A stretch of 64,000 nucleotides of DNA from Candidatus Latescibacterota bacterium (GTDB lineage: Bacteria; Latescibacterota; UBA2968; UBA8231). Shown here piece after piece: positions 36,834-46,472 of the stretch. Each line of letters opens with the position of its first letter. Within the stretch, counting starts at the first letter, position 1. The position numbers and the translations under genes are program-made. The notes under the pieces were generated by a model. The model saw nothing but the letters and a program-made list of their open reading frames with translations, ran no database searches and was not told the origin of the DNA. The stretch spans positions 3,978,305-4,042,304 of the forward strand of contig CBDCNM010000002.1 in assembly GCA_965219385.1 (NCBI GenBank). Reading direction: 5' to 3'.

Positions 36834-36879
36834 TATATCTGGCCATACAAACCCCTAAACCCTGTTCAAGGAGATAGCC

Positions 36880-37650
36880 ATGGAACAAAGTACGTCGGAG
36901 AACCTGGGCATTGGCCTAGTTGGACGGATGATCCGCACCTTCTCCGCTCCGAGTGAGACCTTCGCGTCGGTCCGGGAGCGGCAGACCTGGCTGGACTGGT
37001 TCGTGCCAGTGCTCATCGTCGCGCTGGTGAGCCTGGTCGTTGGCTTTATGACCATGCCCATCATCATGCAGGCCGGATCGGAGATGGTGCAGGAGCAGCT
37101 GCGGAACATGCCCGAAGAACAGCGAGCCATGATAGAGCAAGCCATGATAGAGCAAGCCATGATAGAGCAAGCCATGATGGAGAAGATGCAGGGAGCTACT
37201 CAGACGACGGGCCTGGTGATGATTCCCATCATGTCCTTTGTGTGGCTGTTCGTCGCCGGGGCTGTGCTGCTCGTAGTCGGCAACTTCATCCTGGGAGGCG
37301 AGGCCACCTATGGTCAAATGCTGGCGGTGAACGCCTACGCCTCCCTGGTGAGCCTAGTCAAGCTGGTCGTAACCACGCCACTGATGCTGGCGCAGAAGAC
37401 GGCCGTGATTCACACCGGCTTGGGCCTCTTCCTCTCGGAGGAGATGGGCAACACCTTTCTGGGTAGAGCACTCGCGGGAGTGGAGGTCTTCATGCTGTGG
37501 CAGGTTCTCGTCACGGCGATCGGGATGGGCGTGATGGCTGGCTGTTCCACCAAAAAAGCGCTGATCCCCCTGCTGATTATCTGGGCCATTTGGATCGTCG
37601 TTCAGGCGGTCCTGGGAGGCCTTGGCGCTATGTTCGGCCAGGGAGGGTGA
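36880..37650 (+). CDS. YIP1-family membrane protein (YknW/As-48E-like)
   Basis: APSETFASV....W motif, about 5 TM segments, EVFMLW. Confidence 0.82.
   Translation: MEQSTSENLGIGLVGRMIRTFSAPSETFASVRERQTWLDWFVPVLIVALVSLVVGFMTMPIIMQAGSEMVQEQLRNMPEEQRAMIEQAMIEQAMIEQAMMEKMQGATQTTGLVMIPIMSFVWLFVAGAVLLVVGNFILGGEATYGQMLAVNAYASLVSLVKLVVTTPLMLAQKTAVIHTGLGLFLSEEMGNTFLGRALAGVEVFMLWQVLVTAIGMGVMAGCSTKKALIPLLIIWAIWIVVQAVLGGLGAMFGQGG
37126..37178 (+). repeat. 15-bp tandem repeat x3.5 (encodes AMIEQ)
   Basis: GCCATGATAGAGCAA at 37126, 37141 and 37156, plus a partial copy. Confidence 0.95.
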
Positions 37651-37653
37651 TCG

Positions 37654-39039
37654 GTGCCGCCGGCGCAGCGTCCCAAACGCAGGAAGCGGACCGCTTCCCA
37701 CAAATTTCTAGTTCTGATTCTGGTGTTAGCTGTCATCGGCGTTATGGTCTATTTCAACTTGAAGAAGGAAAAGCCGCCGGAAATCTTCTCAACGACAGCC
37801 GTCGAACGTGGCGCTCTGGTAGACAAACTGGCGGAAACCGGTACGATTGAACTGGTGCGGACCGTGGAAGTGAAGTCCACGGTTTCCGGCGAGATCCTTG
37901 AACTCCCGGTAGAAACGGGAGATTGGGTCGTTGACGACCAGATCATGGCCGTAATCGAACCCGATCCCACCCAGTCTCTGCAGCTCTACCAAAAACGTTC
38001 CGCCGTGGAGCAGGCGCAGATCAACCTGGAAGAGCAGGAAAGGGATTTTGCCCGCCAGAAGACCCTCATCGAGAGTAAGATGCTCGCACCGACGGAGTTC
38101 GAGAAAGCAGAGACGAGGCTCATTAGAGCGAGAAACAACCTGCGTCTTGCGCAGTTGGAACTCCAGATTCTTGAGACCAAAGCGAATCTGGACCCCATCG
38201 AGGAGCAGGACGGTGTCCTGGCGCTCGACGAGGTCCGGGTGTTAGCCCCTATTGACGGCATTGTTATCCGACGAGACGTTGAAATCGGCGAGGTCGTGGT
38301 CTCGGGTCTCTCCTCCCTATCGGGCGGCGTGGTCCTGTTCGAGATCGGCGACCCCAGTCAGATGATTGTGCGCGCCAATATCGCCGAGATCGACATAGGT
38401 CAGCTGCAGACTGGCCAGGTAGTCGAGATCGTAGTAGATGCCTTCCCCGATACCACCTACCGGGGCCAAGTGCGCTGGATCGCTCCGGTGGGCAAGAAGA
38501 AGCAGGGCAACACCATAGTAACCTTTGAGGTGGAGATCGACATACTGGACCGCGAGCCCCGGCTCAGGCAGGGAATGTCCTGCGACCTGGACGTCATTTT
38601 TTCACGCCGGGACAGTACGCTCTATTTGCCGGTGGAAGCGGTGCTGGAGGTTTTTGATGAAGACGAAACCAGCGAAGAGAAGCTCAAGGGTCGACGAGGG
38701 CGAATCCTGGCCTACGTCGTGCGTCCAGTGCTTGGCGACTCCGCGGCAGTGGATTCCCTCGCTACGCCCGATAACGCCGCCGAGGTGACTGCCGATACGA
38801 CGGAGAGCGCAACTCTGGATAGTGCCCTTTACGGGCAAGATCAGGAACCGCCGAAGCACGTTTTGGACGAATTCGTCGAGGTAGAACTGCAGATAGGCCT
38901 GGAAACTTCCACCCGGATCGAGATCCTTGCCGGGTTAGAGGGGGGAGACCGGGTTGCAGAAGATCCCGGGTTGATACAACGGAAACTGGAGGAGAAGAAC
39001 AAAGCGCCGGAACCACAGGCACTCCAGACTTGGTTCTGA
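37654..39039 (+). CDS. Periplasmic adaptor / membrane fusion protein (MacA/YknX-like)
   Basis: N-terminal TM segment, VEVKSTVSGEI, coiled coil, APIDGIV, EIDIG.L..GQ, LRQGMS, EILAGLEGGD. Confidence 0.9.
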   Translation: MPPAQRPKRRKRTASHKFLVLILVLAVIGVMVYFNLKKEKPPEIFSTTAVERGALVDKLAETGTIELVRTVEVKSTVSGEILELPVETGDWVVDDQIMAVIEPDPTQSLQLYQKRSAVEQAQINLEEQERDFARQKTLIESKMLAPTEFEKAETRLIRARNNLRLAQLELQILETKANLDPIEEQDGVLALDEVRVLAPIDGIVIRRDVEIGEVVVSGLSSLSGGVVLFEIGDPSQMIVRANIAEIDIGQLQTGQVVEIVVDAFPDTTYRGQVRWIAPVGKKKQGNTIVTFEVEIDILDREPRLRQGMSCDLDVIFSRRDSTLYLPVEAVLEVFDEDETSEEKLKGRRGRILAYVVRPVLGDSAAVDSLATPDNAAEVTADTTESATLDSALYGQDQEPPKHVLDEFVEVELQIGLETSTRIEILAGLEGGDRVAEDPGLIQRKLEEKNKAPEPQALQTWF

Positions 39040-39181
39040 CGATGGTCCTTCATCGGTCACGTTTCCGGGTCCCATCCTAACGATCCCGCCTATGCCGGGA
39101 TAGGGGCGAGATGAAAAAAACCGCTCTACCGGACCAACCTGCCATCGGCCAGATTCTGGCCGCTTATGGGCCAATCTTCGA

Positions 39182-40411
39182 ATGGTATTCCATGAACCGA
39201 TAGCCGTGGGGCTGGCTCAGCTTAGAGCCAACAAGCTGCGTTCCTTTCTTACTCTCCTGGGCATTGTAATCGGCGTATCAGCGGTGATCGGGATCGTCTC
39301 CCTTGGCGAGGGCCTGCGGCGCACCGTGATGGGAGAGTTCGTCCAGAGGGGCGGTGCGGCCACAATTGAGGTAAACTCTCCAGCCGAGTGGGAAAGGAAG
39401 GATGGGCGATGGGTCAGACGTGCCTGGCAAGAGCATCTGACGAGCGATGACCTGGAGGACGTGAACCGCGAGACGGATCAAATACGGTCTGCCGTGCCTC
39501 TCGTTGGGGGGCAAGCGCAGCTTCAGCGTGGGAAAACCACGATGAGCGCCGGGTTCACCGGTACGTCGCCCCAGTACAACGAAGGATTCAGCTGGCCGGT
39601 AGACATTGGTCGCACGCTGACGGCAGAAGATGTGCGCTATGCCCGGCGGGTCTGCTTGATCGGCCGGAAGATTCTCCAGGATCTTTTTCAGAACGAAGAT
39701 CCCATCGGCAACGAACTCAAGCTGAACGGCGAACGCTATACCGTCGTGGGCGTACTCGAGGAGCGCGTTCGCTTTGGTCGGGAAGAGGGCAACCAAGTCC
39801 TTGTACCCTTCACGACGGTGCAGAAGCGAGTCACGGGCAACAAACAGTTGCTGGGAATTACGCTCTTCGTCAAGGAATTAGAGGCCGTGAACCGAGTGGC
39901 CCGAGCAGTGCGCCGCGTTCTGCAACGACGCCACCGGCACGGCGATGAGTTTCGCGTGGAGACAAGCCAGAAGCAGATAGAAGAAGCCAACAGAATTATC
40001 CGGGTTATGCAGCAAGTCGCCGGAGGGGTTGCCGGGATATCCCTGCTCGTAGGGGGTATCGGGATCATGAACATCATGCTGGTATCGGTGACAGAGCGCA
40101 CCCGCGAGATCGGCATCCGCAAGGCGGTGGGGGCTAAGCCGCGGCACATCCTTTTTCAGTTCCTGGCAGAGGCCGTCATCCTGACTCTGGCCGGTGGGGC
40201 CTTGGGCGCGGGGCTAGGAATGGGGTTTGGTCTTGGCCTCGAGCGGATCATCGAGCACTTCGCGCCCGGCTCTCCGTTTGCCAGCGTGGTTTCCTTCGAG
40301 TCCGTTCTCTGGGCCATGGGATTTGCCACCGTCGTCGGGGTGTTATTCGGGGTCTATCCGGCGTTCCGCGCCGCTCGTCTGGATCCGGTGGAAGCCCTGT
40401 ACTACGAATGA
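39182..40411 (+). CDS. MacB/FtsX-like ABC permease
   Basis: NKLRSFLTLLGIVIGV, GGIGIMNIMLVSVTERTREIGIRKAVGA, PAFRAARLDPVEAL. Confidence 0.93.
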   Translation: MVFHEPIAVGLAQLRANKLRSFLTLLGIVIGVSAVIGIVSLGEGLRRTVMGEFVQRGGAATIEVNSPAEWERKDGRWVRRAWQEHLTSDDLEDVNRETDQIRSAVPLVGGQAQLQRGKTTMSAGFTGTSPQYNEGFSWPVDIGRTLTAEDVRYARRVCLIGRKILQDLFQNEDPIGNELKLNGERYTVVGVLEERVRFGREEGNQVLVPFTTVQKRVTGNKQLLGITLFVKELEAVNRVARAVRRVLQRRHRHGDEFRVETSQKQIEEANRIIRVMQQVAGGVAGISLLVGGIGIMNIMLVSVTERTREIGIRKAVGAKPRHILFQFLAEAVILTLAGGALGAGLGMGFGLGLERIIEHFAPGSPFASVVSFESVLWAMGFATVVGVLFGVYPAFRAARLDPVEALYYE

Positions 40412-41631
40412 AGCTCCTCGAAGCCATACAGATCGCGCTGAGTCAACTCTGGGCCAACAAGCTGCGGTCTACGCTTACCCTGCTGGGAATGTTGATCGGG
40501 GTCGGCTCGGTAGTCGGCATTGTCTCCATCGGCGAGGGGATGCGCCGGACCATCGTTGACGAGTTCGGAAAACTGGGAGGAGGCAACCTGATCGTAGTCG
40601 CGCCGCAGCAGTGGATCATCAGAGATGGCCGGTGGGTCAAGGCCACCCACTTCGAGCCACTGACCCTGAAGGACATTGCCTATGTCGAAGCGGCGTCTGA
40701 GCGCATTGCCTCCGTGGTACCTCGCCTCCCAACCGAAGGACAGATCCGTCACGGGAAAACGACAAGTGCCGGACTGGTGATCGGGACGATGCCTCTGTAC
40801 ACGCGCGCCCTTGACTGGGAAGTGGATGTGGGACGCTTCCTTACCCCAGTTGACGTCGAGGACAATCGCACCGTCTGCGTTCTTGGGCAAAATCTCAGTA
40901 CGGATCTCTTTCCCGTTCTGTCCCCAATAGGACGTGAAGTGAAACTGAACGGTCGACGCTACACGGTGGTGGGGGTGATGGAGGAGAGGAGAATGTTCGG
41001 CCAGGATTGGGGCAATCAGGTCATCGTGCCGGTGACGACCGCACAGAAACGGATGCTCGGCAGCAAGCGGATCGGCGAGCTGATTGTGCACACGACTGAG
41101 CCGACCGATGTGCCGCTGGTCATTCCAGCGATCGAAAAGGAGCTGAGAAGGTACCATGGAACGAACGCGACCTACCGCATCGACAGTGGTAAGGGCATCC
41201 TGGAACAGGTCGAGCAGACGATTCTGATCATGAAGCTCGTGGCCGGCGGCATAGCCGGAATTTCCTTGCTGGTCGGCGGAGTCGGAATCATGAATATCAT
41301 GCTCGTCTCGGTGACCGAACGCACCCGTGAGATCGGCATTCGCAAGGCCCTAGGCGCCAAGCCGACTACCTTGCTGCTGCAGTTCACGGTGGAGGCGATA
41401 ACCCTCAGTCTGGCGGGAGGAGTGCTCGGGGTGGGGGTGGGGATTGGACTGGGTCTGGGCATCTCTCACGTCATCGAGCACTACACTGAACTCCCCTTCC
41501 CGAGCGTTGTTGCACCTGAGTCAATCGCTCTCTCTTTGATTGTTTCCATGGCTGTGGGTTTGTTCTTCGGCATTTTTCCCGCGGCACGCGCGTCACGCAT
41601 GGATCCTGTGGATGCGCTTCGTTCCGAATGA
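40408..41631 (+). CDS. MacB/FtsX-like ABC permease (paralog of the preceding gene)
   Basis: NKLRSTLTLLGMLIGV, MNIMLVSVTERTREIGIRKALGA, PAARASRMDPVDALR. Confidence 0.93.
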   Translation: MKLLEAIQIALSQLWANKLRSTLTLLGMLIGVGSVVGIVSIGEGMRRTIVDEFGKLGGGNLIVVAPQQWIIRDGRWVKATHFEPLTLKDIAYVEAASERIASVVPRLPTEGQIRHGKTTSAGLVIGTMPLYTRALDWEVDVGRFLTPVDVEDNRTVCVLGQNLSTDLFPVLSPIGREVKLNGRRYTVVGVMEERRMFGQDWGNQVIVPVTTAQKRMLGSKRIGELIVHTTEPTDVPLVIPAIEKELRRYHGTNATYRIDSGKGILEQVEQTILIMKLVAGGIAGISLLVGGVGIMNIMLVSVTERTREIGIRKALGAKPTTLLLQFTVEAITLSLAGGVLGVGVGIGLGLGISHVIEHYTELPFPSVVAPESIALSLIVSMAVGLFFGIFPAARASRMDPVDALRSE

Positions 41632-41634
41632 GTC

Positions 41635-42318
41635 GTGCTCATAGAACTCGAACACATTGAGAAGGTCTACAGACGGGGAGCAGAGGAGGTCTATGCTCTC
41701 CGCGATGTGGACCTCGGTCTAAAACAGAATGAGTACGCCGCTATCATGGGGCCATCCGGCTCTGGGAAATCCACCTTGATGAATATCCTGGGTTGCCTGG
41801 ACACCCCTACTGCTGGGCTGTACCGCCTTGCGGGCATTGACGTCTCGAAAATGAATCCAAACGAACTCGCCGAGGTACGCAGCGAACAGATCGGGTTTGT
41901 GTTCCAGACCTTCAATCTGTTGCCACGGGCCTCGGCCCTGCACAATGTTGAGGTACCGTTGATCTATGCAGGTACAAGACGGAGAGTTCGACGCGAGAGG
42001 GCGGAGGAAGCGTTGGAGCGGGTCGGTCTTGCCGACCGGATGGAGCACCGACCTTCCGAACTATCGGGAGGACAGTGTCAGCGTGTGGCGATCGCGCGAG
42101 CACTGGTCAACCAACCATCAATCCTGCTGGCCGATGAGCCCACGGGCAATCTGGACAGCCGCATCGGGGAGGAAATCATGTCCCTCTTTGACGCTCTCCA
42201 CGACGAAGGGAATACCGTGATTCTGGTGACCCACGAAGTGAATATCGCCCGGCACGCCCAGCGCACGATTCAGATCCTGGACGGGGGCATTACCGCGGAT
42301 GAGCGGAACCCCCCTTGA
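41635..42318 (+). CDS. ABC ATP-binding protein (MacB/LolD-like)
   Basis: [38 protein letters not shown]. Confidence 0.95.
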   Translation: MLIELEHIEKVYRRGAEEVYALRDVDLGLKQNEYAAIMGPSGSGKSTLMNILGCLDTPTAGLYRLAGIDVSKMNPNELAEVRSEQIGFVFQTFNLLPRASALHNVEVPLIYAGTRRRVRRERAEEALERVGLADRMEHRPSELSGGQCQRVAIARALVNQPSILLADEPTGNLDSRIGEEIMSLFDALHDEGNTVILVTHEVNIARHAQRTIQILDGGITADERNPP

Positions 42319-42513
42319 GTACCATGCAAGAGCGGTGAATCCACTGTCGATTTTTGGGAAGTCGCCGGTTGTTATGGCTGCAAATCGGGAGAAGCCGGCT
42401 AGTGCTCGAGATTAGACTCCTGTACGACCGAAGTCCGATAGCGTCCGCTCCATGGCCGCTTATGTCGAGTCGGCGCAGGCCGCGACACCAGCCATTGGTG
42501 CGCCTGGCAGTCA

Positions 42514-43179
42514 CTAGGGCGTTCCTTCTTGCATGGGGACAAAGCGGACGGGAAGAAGGGATTTCCGCTGGACGCCTGCAGAGGTCCGGACTACCAGGAT
42601 CAGGTGCTGGTGATCCACGCCTACTGGCAGAATAAGCCGGCCATCCACTCCCAGCTGCTCGACCAGGGCCGGGGGAATCTCCGCGGCCGCGGCCGATCCG
42701 ATGATGGCATTGAAAGGTCCCATTTCAGACCAGCCCAAGGTTCCATCGGCGGTTTGCAATTCGATATTGGTATAATTCAGATCGTTCAGGACCTGCCGGG
42801 CTGTCGTGGCCAGTTCGGGAAAAAACTCGATGGTGTAGACCTTTTTTACCAGTTCGGCCAGCAGGGCAGTTTGGTATCCCGACCCCGCGCCGATTTCGAG
42901 AATTATATCGGTGGTGGTGAGTTGAAGAGCCTGGAGCATGTAGGCAACCACATAGGGTTGGGAAATGGTCTGTCCCGTCCCGATGGGCAGGGGATGGTCG
43001 GCATAGGCCTGGGGACGCACTTTTTCGGGCACAAAGCAATGTCGCGGTACTCGGCCAAAAGCTTTCAGGACGGCCCGGTCGCGTATACCCCGGGCATATA
43101 ACTGTCCCTGTACCATGCGCTGGCGCTGCTGAACATAAGCTTTGGAGTCCAGCTCACCCAAGGCGCTGTTTCCATCCAT
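42514..43179 (-). CDS. pcm: Protein-L-isoaspartate O-methyltransferase
   Basis: VPRHCFV, AYADHPLPIG.GQTISQP, LEIGAGSGYQTA, VRFVPM. Confidence 0.95.
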   Translation of the reverse strand: MDGNSALGELDSKAYVQQRQRMVQGQLYARGIRDRAVLKAFGRVPRHCFVPEKVRPQAYADHPLPIGTGQTISQPYVVAYMLQALQLTTTDIILEIGAGSGYQTALLAELVKKVYTIEFFPELATTARQVLNDLNYTNIELQTADGTLGWSEMGPFNAIIGSAAAAEIPPALVEQLGVDGRLILPVGVDHQHLILVVRTSAGVQRKSLLPVRFVPMQEGTP

Positions 43180-44131
43180 CTTCGTGCCCCTTCCTGACCA
43201 GGTGCTCGAAGGCAGCTTCCAGTACTGAATCTAGGTCAAGGGCGTTCAAGTCGCCAGCAGGGGCCTGGATAATGTGGACCCGGCCGCCGCGAGGACCCCA
43301 GATCCGAGGATCGGTCGGGCCAAACAGGGCGATGGTTGGAGTGCCCAAAGCGGCGGCTATGTGGGTTGGACCGGAATCGTTGCCAATGAACAGATCGGCT
43401 CCTTCGAGGAGTCCGGCTAACTCCGGCAGACCAGGGGGGTGCAAAATAGCACAGGAAGGAGGGATCTGGTTCTTTAGCTCCAGGATAAGTGCTTCTTCGG
43501 CTGGACCGTACAACAGAGCAACCTGGTTGCCGCATTGGTGCAGGCGATGAATGAGTTTGGCAAAATGGGGCAGAGGCCAGCATTTATAGCGGCCACCGCT
43601 GCCGGGGTGTAAAACGACCAGGGGAGGGATGAGCTGATGGACTTGCTGGCAGTGCGCGGCATAGGTGCGGTCTATGGCCCTCGGATGTATACGGGGGGTT
43701 GGATCTGGGGCTAAAAAACCCCACTGGTGCAGGGGGGCTAGCAGGTGTTCGATTATATGGCTTGAGTAGGTGGAAGCGGGACGGGGATCGTGGATGATCG
43801 GCTTGAATCTGATCAGTGGGTTAAGATGTTCTGCCAGGACTCCCCGGGGATCTATCGAATAGGCGAGCAGCAAATCTGTTTCTTCAAAAAAGTGACGGGT
43901 GGTTGGAGGCAGAGGTTTCAGGTCGGAGTAGAGGGGAGCGAAGCGAGCATTGTTGTGATTCAGGATTCGATCTCCCCCGGCCAGGCAGAGAATATCTGGA
44001 TTGCCGATCAAGCTCAAGCAGGCCTGGGGGAAGGCCCGTCGCAAAGCATGTATGGCCGGCAGGGTCAATACCAAGTCGCCAATGGCCCCGCCGCGCATCA
44101 CCGCCAGGTGGCGTACATCTTCAAAGCCCAT
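43154..44131 (-). CDS. Glycosyltransferase family 9 (heptosyltransferase-like)
   Basis: GAIGDLVL.LP, HPGSG..KCWP, IGNDSGPTHIAAALG.PTIALFGPT. Confidence 0.9.
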   Translation of the reverse strand: MGFEDVRHLAVMRGGAIGDLVLTLPAIHALRRAFPQACLSLIGNPDILCLAGGDRILNHNNARFAPLYSDLKPLPPTTRHFFEETDLLLAYSIDPRGVLAEHLNPLIRFKPIIHDPRPASTYSSHIIEHLLAPLHQWGFLAPDPTPRIHPRAIDRTYAAHCQQVHQLIPPLVVLHPGSGGRYKCWPLPHFAKLIHRLHQCGNQVALLYGPAEEALILELKNQIPPSCAILHPPGLPELAGLLEGADLFIGNDSGPTHIAAALGTPTIALFGPTDPRIWGPRGGRVHIIQAPAGDLNALDLDSVLEAAFEHLVRKGHEDGWKQRLG

Positions 44132-44231
44132 GGTCTCTAGTTGGTGGTAGCTCTTGCTGAAAAACTAAGATTTCGCTATCTTTTCTATTCTCTTATAAAA
44201 AGTAAATGCTGTTCCTGCAAGGAGTTGGTTT

Positions 44232-44852
44232 ATGGGTACCCTGATTGGCAAGAAACTGGGGATGACGCAGTTATACAATGAAAAAGAAGATCTAATTCCT
44301 GTTACCGTAGTGGAAGCAGGCCCCTGTCCTATCGTCCAGGTGCGGACTTCAGAGAAAAACGGGTATGCAGCTGTGCAATTAGCCTTCGAAAAAATTCCAG
44401 CGCGCAAGGTGAACAAACCGAAAGCAGGGCAGTTCGCCAAAGCCGGGATTGAACCACATCGCATCATGCGGGAATTCCGTCTGCAAGAGGAAGGTGATTT
44501 CGAGGTTGGACAGGTACTCGACGTAAGCCAGTTCGAGATCGGAGACGGAGTCAGGGTAACCGGCAAGTCCAAAGGAAAGGGCTTTGCGGGTGTGGTGCGC
44601 CGGCACAATTTTCGCGGCCACAACACCACCCATGGGACCCCCGATCGGGTACGCCATGGCGGTGCCATTGGCCAGGGCACAACCCCCGGCAAGGTGTGGA
44701 AGGGCAAAAAGATGCCCGGGCATTTGGGGGATGACAAAGTGACGGTAAAAGGACTGACCGTGATCCGGGTGGATGCCGAACGCAATCTACTCTTCCTCAA
44801 GGGGGCTGTGCCGGGCGGTACCAATGGATACCTGGCCATTCAGAAAGCCTGA
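44232..44852 (+). CDS. rplC: 50S ribosomal protein L3
   Basis: IGKKLGMTQ, PVTVVEAGPC, GYAAVQL, SKGKGFAG, KGKKMPGHLG, KGAVPG. Confidence 0.96.
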   Translation: MGTLIGKKLGMTQLYNEKEDLIPVTVVEAGPCPIVQVRTSEKNGYAAVQLAFEKIPARKVNKPKAGQFAKAGIEPHRIMREFRLQEEGDFEVGQVLDVSQFEIGDGVRVTGKSKGKGFAGVVRRHNFRGHNTTHGTPDRVRHGGAIGQGTTPGKVWKGKKMPGHLGDDKVTVKGLTVIRVDAERNLLFLKGAVPGGTNGYLAIQKA

Positions 44853-44882
44853 GCGCTCGTTGCGGTTCAGCAAGTCCTGGCG

Positions 44883-44909
44883 AGGCGGTCTTTCAGACCG
44901 CCTTTTTTT
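44883..44909 (+). terminator. Intrinsic terminator after rplC
   Basis: AGGCGGTCT-TTC-AGACCGCCT followed by a T run. Confidence 0.8.
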
Positions 44910-44922
44910 GCCGTCCGTACCC

Positions 44923-45273
<351 letters not shown>

Positions 45274-45282
45274 TTATTCTCC

Positions 45283-46326
45283 TCAGAGGGTTGCCCCACA
45301 GGCTCTCCCGAGGGTGCGCAACATCTCCACAGTCGACAAAGCCAGAGGAATGCCGTTCTGGAGGCGTTCTTTTCGGTACCTGGCTTCTATTTCGCCGGGC
45401 ATGAGAATTTCATCCACACCATCCAGTCTTGGAGATGCCTTGGTCTGCTCCACCATACTGGCAATGGTTGCCTTGAAACCTTCAAGGGGCATAAAGCGGC
45501 TGGGATCAATGGCCATGAAGAAGTGTCCGATGCCCTTTTCGCGCACGTGCTCACCAACCTGGTCGCGTTCTATGCCGAAGTAGGGAGAACCGCTCAGAAG
45601 GCCTGCCAGTATTTCGATGAGCAGGGTAAGGCCATAGCCTTTGTGGTTTCCTATGGGCAATATACTTCCCTGAAGAGCGACCTTGGGGTCCGTGGTCGGC
45701 TGTCCTGTGCGGTCACGGGCCAGACCTTCTGGGATGGGGGTGCCGCTGGCCGCCGCCAATTCCAGCTTGCCGGCAGCCAGCTGACCCATGGCAAAGTCGA
45801 TGAGGAGGGGAAATTCCTGGTTGCCGGGCACGGCCATGGCAATGGGGTTGTTGCCCAAGAGTGGCTGGATGCCTCCGCTCGGCGCCAGCCTTGGGCTTGC
45901 AACGGTCATGGCTAGACCAATGAGGTCGTGCCCGACCGCCTGCAGGCAGTAATAGCCGGCAGCCCCAAAATGACGCGAACGGCAGGCTGTGACCGTGGCC
46001 GATCCGGATGCCTTGGCCTTGTCGATGCATATTTCCATGGCAAAACGCCCGACCAGCGGCCCCAGAGCGCCATCGCCATCGATCCGGGCAAAGGTCGGGC
46101 CCTCTGTCAAGGTCCGGATCCTGGGGTGCGGATTGGTTATGTGGGCCTGCAACTCCTTTGAGTAGCGGCCCAGGCGCATGCTCCCATGGCTGTGGATGCC
46201 GCGCAGATCGGCCTCGACCAAGGTCTCAGCCACGAAGTTTGCATCTTCAGCTGGAATACCCTCATGCTGGAGGATGGCAGAATCTGCCTCTTTGAGTTTT
46301 TGAGCATCTATTATACAGGTAGTCAC
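45283..46326 (-). CDS. Ldh_2 family oxidoreductase (type 2 malate/L-lactate dehydrogenase-like)
   Basis: ADLRGIHSHG, HFGAAGYY, LGNNPIA, HKGYGL, PGEIE. Confidence 0.9.
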   Translation of the reverse strand: MTTCIIDAQKLKEADSAILQHEGIPAEDANFVAETLVEADLRGIHSHGSMRLGRYSKELQAHITNPHPRIRTLTEGPTFARIDGDGALGPLVGRFAMEICIDKAKASGSATVTACRSRHFGAAGYYCLQAVGHDLIGLAMTVASPRLAPSGGIQPLLGNNPIAMAVPGNQEFPLLIDFAMGQLAAGKLELAAASGTPIPEGLARDRTGQPTTDPKVALQGSILPIGNHKGYGLTLLIEILAGLLSGSPYFGIERDQVGEHVREKGIGHFFMAIDPSRFMPLEGFKATIASMVEQTKASPRLDGVDEILMPGEIEARYRKERLQNGIPLALSTVEMLRTLGRACGATL

Positions 46327-46472
46327 GATTTCGTTACATCCGGGACAAACGCCAATATATGCGGCTCTAGGACCATGTCAAGGTTGCTACCGACTTGGTC
46401 GGCTGCAGAATATTGGCAAGACAGGAGCGTGATTGACCTGACCCCGCGGGAGGGGTATGTTCGATGTATTGT

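Noticed and set aside
26991..42318. Interpretation as a head-to-tail circular bacteriocin cluster (YIP1 and As-48EFGH-like genes are present)
   Set aside because: No SpoIIM/DUF95 protein was recognised, the core is barely cationic and ends in Cys rather than an aromatic residue, and S8-DUF1611 plus ACP are not part of such clusters. Disfavoured, not strictly excluded.
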